Source: Candidatus Latescibacterota bacterium (lineage in GTDB: Bacteria > Latescibacterota > UBA2968 > UBA8231). Taken from it: a stretch of DNA of 64,000 bases. Under the pieces are notes generated by a model. That model was not told where the DNA came from. It saw only the letters and a program-made list of their open reading frames with translations, and searched no databases. The stretch covers positions 2,240,001 to 2,304,000 of the forward strand of contig CBDETK010000013.1 of assembly GCA_965242865.1 (NCBI GenBank), given 5' to 3'. Made by a program: the position numbers and the translations under genes. Position 1 is the first letter of the stretch. Every line of letters starts with the position of its first letter. This document shows, piece by piece, positions 1 to 8,949 of the stretch.

Positions 1-591
1 GATCCGCGAAAATAGCCCGGTCCCCCGCAAGCGCTGGCTGGCCAAGCTGAGCACCACGCCATTGAAGCCGGTCTTGCGAAACGTCAGGGGCGTGAGCGTC
101 GTAAAAAGCTCGTCGCCGACCACGATCGAATAGCTGTAATCGCCGCTGGTATCCGAAGAGATGATGAGGCGGTTGAACCAGCTTAGGTACTCGCCGCGCT
201 TGGTGACCTGATTGCTGGCACTGGTCAGCGGCTGGGTCTGCCGCCAATCGTAGATGAGCCAGCCGCGGGTGATCAAATCGCCGTAGGGATCGTAAAAGTA
301 GAACCCCTCTTGGCTGCGCGACACGTAGCGGAGAAAAGGCTCCCGCGCATAGTTGGTGTACTGCCACTGGCGGCGGCCGTACTCGGTAAACAACTCCTGC
401 GGCAAGTACCAGCGCTGAATGGTGGGGTCTAGCGCGTCGATTAGCATGGACCGGCCGGCCGCCGAGAACACGCGGCGCTCGTCGGCCCGGCGGCCGAGGC
501 GGTTGCCGTAGTCTAGCTGGGCGCCGACCTCGAGGACGCCGAGGACCCCTGCGACCAAGAGCAACGCGCATTTAGCTCGCAACGCGCCCAT
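1..591 (-). CDS. Partial (runs off the left edge) large secreted hypothetical protein, paralog of the adjacent ~930-aa protein
   Basis: Not in the ORF track. Its ATG at 591 overlaps the upstream TAA (TAATG). Hand translation MGALRAKCALLLVAGVLGVLEVGAQLDYGNRLGRR...ALDPTIQRWYLPQELFTEYGRRQWQYTNYA...GWLIYDW...TTLTPLTF aligns with the N-terminus of 591..3374. Confidence 0.85.
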   Translation of the reverse strand, partial: MGALRAKCALLLVAGVLGVLEVGAQLDYGNRLGRRADERRVFSAAGRSMLIDALDPTIQRWYLPQELFTEYGRRQWQYTNYAREPFLRYVSRSQEGFYFYDPYGDLITRGWLIYDWRQTQPLTSASNQVTKRGEYLSWFNRLIISSDTSGDYSYSIVVGDELFTTLTPLTFRKTGFNGVVLSLASQRLRGTGLFSRI

Positions 592-3374
592 TACTGGATT
601 CCGGCATACACGGTGATGAAGCTCGTCGTCGAATTGCTGCTCTCGCGGCCCTTGGCAAACCCACTGTCTTTCTCTAGCACCAACTCTTCTTGGATGCGCC
701 CGTAGCGCAGGCCGATCTGGGTCGTCAGGCGATACCCCATGTAGTCCGAAGAATTAGACAGTTGCACGGCCACGTTTATGCTGCTCTCGTCGCCCGTTTT
801 CGTGGTGATGCCGCTGGCGACCATGGCGTCCTCGTCGCGCATCAAATCCCGCCGCAGCAGTTGCTCTATACCGCCCATGAGCACGGTGTGCTTGAGCACC
901 GGCAGTTGAGCCAGCAGCATGAAGCTGCCGGTCCACTCCTTGCGCTCGTCCTCTTGCGCCAAAAACGGCGTACGCCGCAGGTATTCGCTCTTGAACTTGG
1001 GCTGGAGGCTGAAGCGACCCAAGTCGTAGGTATAGTCGAATTTGTTGATCAACCCCAAGAAGCTGGTGTCGGTCCGCAGGCGCCGGCCGTCTATGTCGCG
1101 GGGGTCGTCTTGGTTTTGGCGGTAGAATTCGTACTTGAACTTGTTGATGATGTTGAGCCGCTCAATGCCCACGTAGTCGAACCCGAGCCACAGGGAATTG
1201 ACCCAAGTGTCTTGGGCCGGCAGAATGTCCGGGACGAGGGGCTGAATCGCCGGGGCATCGACGTAAGGCGTGGGGGGGCGCCGGTCGTCGGGAATGGTGT
1301 CGGCGACCTTTTTTAACGAGTCAAACACCCGCAAGCGCCCCACGCCCGGCACATCGCGGTCAAAGGTAAAGAGCGCGTACTGGACGCGGTTTGAGCGGTC
1401 GGCCGAAATCATCTGCTCGTCCGCCTGCCCCAAGGTCAGCCGTGCGCCCGGCACGATCTCAGCACCCGCGAACACATTGTAGCCCTGCCGGTCGGTCTTG
1501 TAGGGATAGTCCGGCAAGTCGTCGTCTTCAAAGCGGTCGATCCAATCGTTGTTGTTCAGATCGATGCCAAAGAGGAATTCGGGCCGATCCACGGCATAGC
1601 GCAAAAACGGCTCGTCGTAGTCGGGAATGAGGTTGTTGACCGTGCCGTTGTCGTTTTGGTTGAAGTCCGAGATGAAGTCGTTGTTTTCGTCCCAGCCGGG
1701 AAAAATGAGCCGGTCGTTGGCCGACCCCGCGCGGATCCAATCGGGGTATTGGTCTTGGTCGTCGTTGTCCTCGACGAACTCGTAGAAGTTGCGCTGGGAA
1801 TTGTCGTATTGGATGTCGCCGTTGGCATCGACCAAAAAAGCCGTGGTCGAATACGCGTCGTCCATCGCATAGACCTCGCCGAAGAAGAACCACGGATGAA
1901 ACTGACGGGAGAGGTTGAAAAACCAAGCGTCGGACTGCTCGGTGGCAATTTTGTGGTTCTTGCCGGCCGTAAACAGCGCGGCATTGGGATACTGAAAGTA
2001 GCGCTTGTTGCGGTCCCACTCTCCGTAGAAGTCAAACCCCCACAGCCCCTTGCCCTCCACCGTAAAGCCGCCGACTAGGTTGCCTGTGGGCAGGCCGTAG
2101 TCAAATTTGACGAGCTGGAGATTGGAGATGTCTTGCACGTTGCCCTCGGCGCGCCGCAGGGTAATCAGCGCCGGCTCGCTGGCGTCGATGGTCTCGGCAC
2201 TCAGGGGCGCGGCCGGCATGGCGCGGCGGCCGGTCTGGCGGTCGGACCACATCTCCACCTTGAAGTCGTTGCCCAAGACGTATTCAAATTCCACGGCCAC
2301 GATCGCGGTCGGGTCTGGCCCGATGTACGCGGGGTCGTTGAAGTCGTAGTTGAGCACGATGCGCTCGTACCCGTCGGCGGCCGTGTAACCTTGCCGTTCA
2401 AAGCCGCCGAATTTAATCGGCCACTCCGCGCCCGGGCGCACGACCTCCTCGGCCTCAAAAACCTCCTCTTTGTTGGTCTCAAAATCGCGGCTGATGATGC
2501 GCACCCGGTCGCGGAACAACGCCGCGCCGCCCTCGCCATCTTCGGGCGTGTCGTCGCTGAGAATGATGGCAATGGCCGTCAGCGGCGTGCTGCTCTGGCC
2601 GGACGTGAGGCTGCCGGCGATCAAGTCGCCGCTGAACAGATCGAGCGTGGTGTTGGTGTTGCGGGCATCCACTAGGGTCGCGCCCACCTCGATGAAGTCG
2701 CCGACCTGCACTGTGCCGCGCCCACCGAACATGGTCGTGGTGTTGGTGCGGGTCTCTGGCTCGCGGGTCTCGCCCAAGATCGGGTCGCTGATCCGCGAGG
2801 CCAAGATCGTGCCGGCGTACTTGTCGGCCATGAAGTCGATCTGGACGCCATTGAAGCGAGGCCGCGAGAAGGTCAGGGGCGTGAGGGTCGTGCGCAGCAG
2901 ATTGCCGACCGTAATGGAATAGTAGTACTGGCTCTGGGAGTCGCCGCCAATGGTGACCCCGTTGAACCAAGAGTCGAAGCGGGCATTCTGAAAGATGCTG
3001 CTGCCGAGCTGGCCGGGTTGGTTTTGGCTCCAGTCGTAGATCAGCCAGCCGCGCCCGATGAAGTTGCCGTAGAAATCGTAGAAATAGTCGCCTTCGCGGT
3101 GGATGTTGACATAGCGCCGAAACTCGTCCTTCGCGTAGTTGGAGTACTCCCATTGCCGCCAGCCGTATTCATTGAAAAGCTCTTGCGGGATGTACCACTT
3201 TTTAATGGCCGGATCGAGGGCACCAAACAGGACCCCCGGGCCGCGCGGCTCAAAGCTGACCGCCCCGCCGCGCTGGCGTCCCAAGCGGTTGCCATACTCT
3301 TGGGCTTCAGCCGTGCCGGCCCACAACGCCAGCGCGGCCCAACCAATCAGCCCCCACATTCTAAACGCTTGCAA
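591..3374 (-). CDS. Large secreted hypothetical protein with Asp-rich Ca-binding-like motifs and a possible C-terminal beta-barrel
   Basis: Long ORF with a signal peptide ending AEA|Q; motifs DNDDQDQYPD, DENNDFISDFNQNDN and DLNNNDWID; amphipathic strands near the C-terminus. Start placed at a TTG after GGGAGA (alternative ATG at 3359). Confidence 0.75.
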   Translation of the reverse strand: MQAFRMWGLIGWAALALWAGTAEAQEYGNRLGRQRGGAVSFEPRGPGVLFGALDPAIKKWYIPQELFNEYGWRQWEYSNYAKDEFRRYVNIHREGDYFYDFYGNFIGRGWLIYDWSQNQPGQLGSSIFQNARFDSWFNGVTIGGDSQSQYYYSITVGNLLRTTLTPLTFSRPRFNGVQIDFMADKYAGTILASRISDPILGETREPETRTNTTTMFGGRGTVQVGDFIEVGATLVDARNTNTTLDLFSGDLIAGSLTSGQSSTPLTAIAIILSDDTPEDGEGGAALFRDRVRIISRDFETNKEEVFEAEEVVRPGAEWPIKFGGFERQGYTAADGYERIVLNYDFNDPAYIGPDPTAIVAVEFEYVLGNDFKVEMWSDRQTGRRAMPAAPLSAETIDASEPALITLRRAEGNVQDISNLQLVKFDYGLPTGNLVGGFTVEGKGLWGFDFYGEWDRNKRYFQYPNAALFTAGKNHKIATEQSDAWFFNLSRQFHPWFFFGEVYAMDDAYSTTAFLVDANGDIQYDNSQRNFYEFVEDNDDQDQYPDWIRAGSANDRLIFPGWDENNDFISDFNQNDNGTVNNLIPDYDEPFLRYAVDRPEFLFGIDLNNNDWIDRFEDDDLPDYPYKTDRQGYNVFAGAEIVPGARLTLGQADEQMISADRSNRVQYALFTFDRDVPGVGRLRVFDSLKKVADTIPDDRRPPTPYVDAPAIQPLVPDILPAQDTWVNSLWLGFDYVGIERLNIINKFKYEFYRQNQDDPRDIDGRRLRTDTSFLGLINKFDYTYDLGRFSLQPKFKSEYLRRTPFLAQEDERKEWTGSFMLLAQLPVLKHTVLMGGIEQLLRRDLMRDEDAMVASGITTKTGDESSINVAVQLSNSSDYMGYRLTTQIGLRYGRIQEELVLEKDSGFAKGRESSNSTTSFITVYAGIQ

Positions 3375-3410
3375 GTCATCTCTCCCTAAATTTTGATCCA
3401 TCTGAGCCAG

Positions 3411-5654
3411 CTAGTAAGCCACCCCGACGACCCCGACTTTCCGCACTTGGCCCGTGCCGGCTCGCAGCGAGACGCTAAACATGTAGTGCCCCGGCCGCAC
3501 GTACGCGTCGTCGTCGTCCCGGCCATCCCAAGGTTGGGCAAAGCGACCGCTGATGGCCTCGCTATTGACCAAGGCCCGCACCAAGCGGCCGGACAAATCG
3601 AAAATCGAGACCTTCACCGGCGAGGGCCGCACGATATTGGTGATGTCGTACTGGATGAGGACGCGGTCGTTGACGCCGTCGCCATTGGGCGTAAACACCG
3701 GGGCATTCGCGGCCACATTGGCCAAGAGCTCCTTGCTGATGGGCACGGCCACCGAAAGATTTTCTTCGATCGGCGTGCCCACCGGCTGGAGATCGGAGTC
3801 GGCAAAACCAGACTGGCTCAAGTCGGCGGCATTGCCGGCCACGACGCCCTGCCCAATGGTCGTCTCAACCGCGCGGTTGAAGGCCCGGCCGACAAAGGTC
3901 GTGCCAAAGCGCAACACCCCGTTGTCGAATTCCACCTCCAAGACCGCCCCGTCCTCTTCGATGAGCGGGAAGGAAATGGCAAAGCGGTCGTCGCGCACTT
4001 CGTCGATGGAGATGCCATTGCTAACTTGGGGCAAGCTCGCCAAGGACGCGCCGGAAAAATCCGCTTCTTGGACCGCGCGGCCGGGCCGCTGAATCCGCAC
4101 GCGGCCAATGGCCTCGACGCGCAAGGGGGTCTCGATCTCAAAGGCGTCAAACCCGCGCTGCTGCCCAGAGGACTTGTTGAGGACCGCGTACAAAAACCGG
4201 GTGTTTTTCCCCACGGCGGCCGAGCGCGGCGAGATCTCGGCGATCAGGGCTTGGGCAAAGGGCGGCGAAATCACGTCAAAGGCCAAGCCGCCTACGGTGG
4301 CCGCGGCCTCAAAGTCGTCGCTAAAAAAGTCAATGGAAAACTGGAAGTAGCGCCGCGGACCAGGCGAGGTAATGGGGACGCCGGCGCCGTCTATGGGAAG
4401 CTGGGCTTGGCCGACGATGCCGGCTGCCGAGTAGGGGGGCGACCAACTGCTCCAGTTGTTGACATCGTCGCGGATGACGCCTTTGTCCTCGCCCCGCAGC
4501 GCACCGTAATCGGCCTCGTCGAGGGTGACGAGGGCTTGCTGGTCCAGCGGCAGGTCCTTGAACACCCCCAAGGCCTCGCGCACATCGACTTCGTCGTTGT
4601 CCAGCACGGTTTCGACCAAGGTCTTTAACTCGGCATCCTCGATGTCTTCGGCCCGCTTCCACGGCACTTCCACATTGGCCGTTGAGGTGCCCGACCGATT
4701 GCCGGCGCGGGCGCCGCCGCCCACGCGAAAGATGCGCTCGCCCGGACGGACCTTGTTGAATTCGACCGGGTCGCGGTCCACGCCCGTCCGCGTGCGAAGG
4801 CGCAAGCGGGACCGATTCGCGTCGCCGGTGGCGTCTTGGACCCAGCGCACATTGCCGAACAGGGCCAAGTCGCCAAAGTCGAAAATGTTGGACACGTAGC
4901 TCGCTTCGGGTACAAAGCCCGTGCCGAAAATCTGGAACTCGGCCATGTCAAAGCCGGCCGCGGTCAGCACCTTGAGCCGCACGAAGCGCACGTATTGCGG
5001 CGCAATGCGCACATCGACCACGGATCGGTCGTTTTGGGTTTCGACCGCGACGGTTTGCAAAATCGGCACGCCTTCAAAGGAGTTTTCCGGCGTGCCATCG
5101 TTGATGAAAATCTCGTATCCCCGCAAGAATTCGTTTTGAAAGGGAAATTCCACCGAGGGGAAATCCGGGTCGCCGTTGCGCGGAAAGAACTTGAAGCGAT
5201 TGAGGCCAAAGCGCGCCCCGAGGTCTAGGTCTATAATCAGCCCCAGCACTCGGGCGCTTTGGGTGCCCCCAGAAGCGCGCAGGTCCAAGGCCGTGTCGCC
5301 GTCGTCGTCGATCAGATTGGCCAACGCCGCGCTAATGGAGCGATTGTTCGGGGAGTTGATGCTGCCGCCGCGCAACGGCGAGTTAATGCCGACCGCTATG
5401 TTGCGGGTGGTATCGGCGCGTTGGGGGGCAATGAAATAGGGCAGGCCCTCCGGCTCAAAGTCGATGACGCCGCCGGGGGCGTTGGTTTTTTCGATCGCGG
5501 TCGCGCTGCGGATGACCACGGCTGGGAGATCGCCCCCGCCGCTCTCCCAGCTCAGACCCTCTTCACTGCCGATGATCACGACTTCCGCCACCGCGGCGAC
5601 CGCCAAGAACAAAATGCCGCCCACGAGGCCGGCCGCTCGAAAAGCTGAGTGCAT
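3411..5654 (-). CDS. Secreted protein with a discoidin-like region and C-terminal FlgD-Ig / CHU_C-like domain
   Basis: Signal peptide; C-terminus FTPNGDGVND...IFDLSGRLVR...WDGRDDD...PGHY. Confidence 0.8.
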   Translation of the reverse strand: MHSAFRAAGLVGGILFLAVAAVAEVVIIGSEEGLSWESGGGDLPAVVIRSATAIEKTNAPGGVIDFEPEGLPYFIAPQRADTTRNIAVGINSPLRGGSINSPNNRSISAALANLIDDDGDTALDLRASGGTQSARVLGLIIDLDLGARFGLNRFKFFPRNGDPDFPSVEFPFQNEFLRGYEIFINDGTPENSFEGVPILQTVAVETQNDRSVVDVRIAPQYVRFVRLKVLTAAGFDMAEFQIFGTGFVPEASYVSNIFDFGDLALFGNVRWVQDATGDANRSRLRLRTRTGVDRDPVEFNKVRPGERIFRVGGGARAGNRSGTSTANVEVPWKRAEDIEDAELKTLVETVLDNDEVDVREALGVFKDLPLDQQALVTLDEADYGALRGEDKGVIRDDVNNWSSWSPPYSAAGIVGQAQLPIDGAGVPITSPGPRRYFQFSIDFFSDDFEAAATVGGLAFDVISPPFAQALIAEISPRSAAVGKNTRFLYAVLNKSSGQQRGFDAFEIETPLRVEAIGRVRIQRPGRAVQEADFSGASLASLPQVSNGISIDEVRDDRFAISFPLIEEDGAVLEVEFDNGVLRFGTTFVGRAFNRAVETTIGQGVVAGNAADLSQSGFADSDLQPVGTPIEENLSVAVPISKELLANVAANAPVFTPNGDGVNDRVLIQYDITNIVRPSPVKVSIFDLSGRLVRALVNSEAISGRFAQPWDGRDDDDAYVRPGHYMFSVSLRAGTGQVRKVGVVGVAY

Positions 5655-5790
5655 AAAGCGAAACTCTAGAAATGAAGGAGGCATCCCGCCACGCCGAATG
5701 CCTCTGCATTGTTGCCCAAAAATTCGTCAAATCCTACATTAACTGCCCGTTAAATAAGCGAATAGTCCCCCCTAGAGCAAGAAATTTTCC

Positions 5791-7482
5791 ATGATCTCAA
5801 CCCAGCCCGTGCGGCGCTCGCTCCTGTGGTTCTCCGTCCTTTTCCTCGCGTCCTGCGGGGGCCAAACCGAACCATCCGAGGCACAAGATGTCGTCTTGGC
5901 GACCGTTGCCGGCGACCCCATTACGCTCTCGGCCTTCACCGAGTTTAGCACCCTCATCCCGGAGGGCATGAAAAAGGGCGACACCCCGCTCGCCAAGAAC
6001 CGCCAAGTCCTCCACAGCTTGATCGACAAGCGGCTCTTGCTCGCCGAGGCCCAAGCCCTTCAGCTCGCCGACGACCCGGCGATTCAAGCCGAGCTGGCCT
6101 TCTTCGCCAAAAACCGCTTGCTCAACTTGTACACCCAGCGCGAAATAGCCGCAAAAATCGTCGTTACCGACGAGGAGCTGGAGGCGCACTATCGCGCCAC
6201 GCACCGCGACCGCGCCCTCCGCTTCAGCGGCATCATGCTAAAGACCCGCGAAGAAGCCGAGGAAATTTTGCAGGCCGTGGCCGACGGGGCGCCGTTCATG
6301 GAGCTGGCCCAGGGGCATTCTCTACACCGCGATAGCGGCGAACAGGGCGGCGATGTCGGGGGCTACAAACTCAAGGACAAGGTCCTGCCAGCCATTGCCG
6401 AAGCGATCTTCCCCCTCGCCGTGGGCGAAGTGTCCCAACCCATCCGCTTCCAGTTTGCCGGCGAGCCTCACTACACGGTCTTTCAAGTCACCGACGAGAT
6501 GCCCCTGCCGCTCGCCGCTTCCGAGCGCAAGGTGCGGGAGGAAGTTTTTGGCCGCAAGCGGGCCGCCCGCTACCAAGCCCTCCTCGATTCGCTCAACCGC
6601 GCGTACGGCCCGGAGCTGCGCCCCGAAGCGATTCGCGCCCTCAACGAGCACAGCGAGCAGGCCGAGGACGACCTGTACGCCCTGCCGGCCACCGTGCGCG
6701 ACGAGCCGGTGGTCGCCTTTCGCCGTGGTCAAATTAGTGGCCACGAGTTCCTCTACATGGCGCGGCAAATGCGCGCCGGCCGGGCGGAGCTAGCCGATTC
6801 GGCGCGCGTCGTCTTTCTCCTCAAAACCGCGATCATTCCGGCCTTTCTCTTCGCGGCCGAGGCCCATGCGCTCGGGCTAGACCAAGACCCGGACCTGCTC
6901 CAGCGCGTCCGCGATAAGCGAGAGGACCTGTTGCTCAATGCCCTGCGGCAGCGCTACGTGGATCAGCACGTCACCGCCACGCCCGCGGAAGCCCGCGCCT
7001 TCTACGACAGGCACCCGGAAAAATTCACCGCGCCGCTGACGACCGAAGTGGTAGAAATCCTCGCGGCTTCCGACTCGTTGGCCCAGCGGCTCAAGCGCGC
7101 GATCCTCGCCGGGGCCGATCCCGCGCCGCTGGCCCGCGCCCACACCCGCCGCCCCGGCGCCGACCACCACGACGGGCACCTGACCCTCACCCCCTACACC
7201 AAGGCGTACTATCGGGGCATCTACGACTTGGCGCTCGCGCTGCCCGTCGGCCAAGTCGGCGGGCCCGTGCAGGTACAGGGTGGGTACTCGGTCTTCAAGG
7301 TCCTCGACCGCTACCAGAAAAATCATCCCTACGACGCCACCTCGCGTCGGCGCGCCACCGCGTACGTAAAGATCGCCAAGTCCAAGCGCGGGTACGTGCG
7401 CTACGTGCGCGGCCTGCGCGATCAGTACCCGGTCGAGGAGTTTGCCGACGCCATAGAACGCGCCCTGAGCGCCCCGAATTGA
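5791..7482 (+). CDS. PpiC/parvulin-type peptidyl-prolyl isomerase lipoprotein (SurA/PrsA-like, two rotamase-like domains)
   Basis: Lipobox FLASC; FMELAQGHS...GGDVG and GEVSQPI; second domain LARAHT...GQVGGPVQVQGGYSVFKV. Confidence 0.8.
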   Translation: MISTQPVRRSLLWFSVLFLASCGGQTEPSEAQDVVLATVAGDPITLSAFTEFSTLIPEGMKKGDTPLAKNRQVLHSLIDKRLLLAEAQALQLADDPAIQAELAFFAKNRLLNLYTQREIAAKIVVTDEELEAHYRATHRDRALRFSGIMLKTREEAEEILQAVADGAPFMELAQGHSLHRDSGEQGGDVGGYKLKDKVLPAIAEAIFPLAVGEVSQPIRFQFAGEPHYTVFQVTDEMPLPLAASERKVREEVFGRKRAARYQALLDSLNRAYGPELRPEAIRALNEHSEQAEDDLYALPATVRDEPVVAFRRGQISGHEFLYMARQMRAGRAELADSARVVFLLKTAIIPAFLFAAEAHALGLDQDPDLLQRVRDKREDLLLNALRQRYVDQHVTATPAEARAFYDRHPEKFTAPLTTEVVEILAASDSLAQRLKRAILAGADPAPLARAHTRRPGADHHDGHLTLTPYTKAYYRGIYDLALALPVGQVGGPVQVQGGYSVFKVLDRYQKNHPYDATSRRRATAYVKIAKSKRGYVRYVRGLRDQYPVEEFADAIERALSAPN

Positions 7483-8945
7483 AATTGCGCGGGGTCGTGC
7501 TCCTGTTGTTTTTGCTCGCTTGGGGCTGCGCCCGCGACGATCCCCTGCTAACCGAGGGCCAGCAACACTTCCGCAACCGAGACTACCAAGCCGCGATTGC
7601 GGTCTTACAACAGGCCGTCCGAGGCCCGTCCCCCTCGCCAGCGACCTATCGCTATCTGGGACGGTGCTACCTCCAAGTCGGCCAGTACGACCAAGCGCGG
7701 GAAGCCGCGCGCACCGGGCTCGCCCGCGCTCCCAACGACCCCGAGCTTTACGATCTACTCGGAGCTGTCGAGATGACCCGCGCCTTTGCCGTGGCCCGGT
7801 ACAGCGATACCGCTGCCGCCCTGCAGGCCTTCCAACGGGCCATTGAACTCGATCCCCACCGCGCCACCACCCACTACAACCTCGGCCTCGTGCATAGCTA
7901 CCGCGACAGCGCCCACCGCGCCGAGCGTGCGTATCTAGCGGCCTTGCAGGTGGACTCCACGCTCGCGCCAGCCCACAAAAAACTGGGCCTGTACTACCGC
8001 CGCCAAGGGGCACTAGACCAAGCCCTGCGCCACCTGCACCGCGCCGTGCAGTACGCGCCCGAAGACGCCGAAGCGCATTTCCACCTCGGCTTGCAGCACC
8101 GCGCCCAAGGGCACTACGACCCAGCCATAGCCGCCTTAGAGCGGGCGGCCGCGCTCAACCCCTATTCGCCCCAAGTTCACTTCAACCTGTCTCAACTCTA
8201 CTTGCGCACCGGCCAGCGCACCCGCGGCGAAAAAGCCCTCGCGAACTCGGAAATCCTCCGCCAGCACCATCGGGGAATCGGCTCGGAGCAATCCCGGCCC
8301 GAGGTCAGCGCGGTGGCCATTGGCTCGGCGACGGCCCGCTACAACCTCGCGCTGCACCTCGCCTTGCAAGGCCAGCACGACCAAGCCATCGTCGAATATC
8401 AAAACGCCCTCGCGATCAACCCCGAGCTAAAGGACGCGCACAGCAGTCTAGGCGTCCTGTTCCACCTAGCAGGCGACTGGGCCACGGCGGCCGCGAGCTT
8501 TCGCCAAGCCCTCGCCCTCGACGGTGAAGACCCGCTCAGCCATGCGCGGCTGGGGATGGTTCTGCTCAAGCAGCAACGCTATGCCGCGGCGCGGGCCAGC
8601 CTGCGGCGCGCGGCCGCTCTCGACTCGAGCTTGCACGAGGCGGCCCACGGCCTCGGCTTGGTCGCGGCCCGCACGGGCGATTTGGCCGCGGCCATCGCCC
8701 ACTTTGCCGAGGCCGCCCGCCTCAGCCCCACCAGCGCGCTGGCCCAGTTAAACCTCGGGGTGGCCTACGCAAAATCGGGCCACTTTGCCGAGGCCGCTCG
8801 CGCCTATACTCGCGCCGTTGAACTGGACCCTGCCAATGAACGCGCCCACCGCTACCTCAGCGACGCCTACCGGGAGTTGGGCCACTCGGAAAAAAGCCGC
8901 ACCCACCGCGCCAAGGCGCGGCAGCTAGCGTCCAAGGCCCCCTAA
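7479..8945 (+). CDS. Tetratricopeptide-repeat lipoprotein
   Basis: Lipobox LAWGC; many TPR units (AIELDP..HYNLG, AHFHLG, ALAINP, AQLNLG). Confidence 0.88.
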   Translation: MKLRGVVLLLFLLAWGCARDDPLLTEGQQHFRNRDYQAAIAVLQQAVRGPSPSPATYRYLGRCYLQVGQYDQAREAARTGLARAPNDPELYDLLGAVEMTRAFAVARYSDTAAALQAFQRAIELDPHRATTHYNLGLVHSYRDSAHRAERAYLAALQVDSTLAPAHKKLGLYYRRQGALDQALRHLHRAVQYAPEDAEAHFHLGLQHRAQGHYDPAIAALERAAALNPYSPQVHFNLSQLYLRTGQRTRGEKALANSEILRQHHRGIGSEQSRPEVSAVAIGSATARYNLALHLALQGQHDQAIVEYQNALAINPELKDAHSSLGVLFHLAGDWATAAASFRQALALDGEDPLSHARLGMVLLKQQRYAAARASLRRAAALDSSLHEAAHGLGLVAARTGDLAAAIAHFAEAARLSPTSALAQLNLGVAYAKSGHFAEAARAYTRAVELDPANERAHRYLSDAYRELGHSEKSRTHRAKARQLASKAP

Positions 8946-8949
8946 CCCC

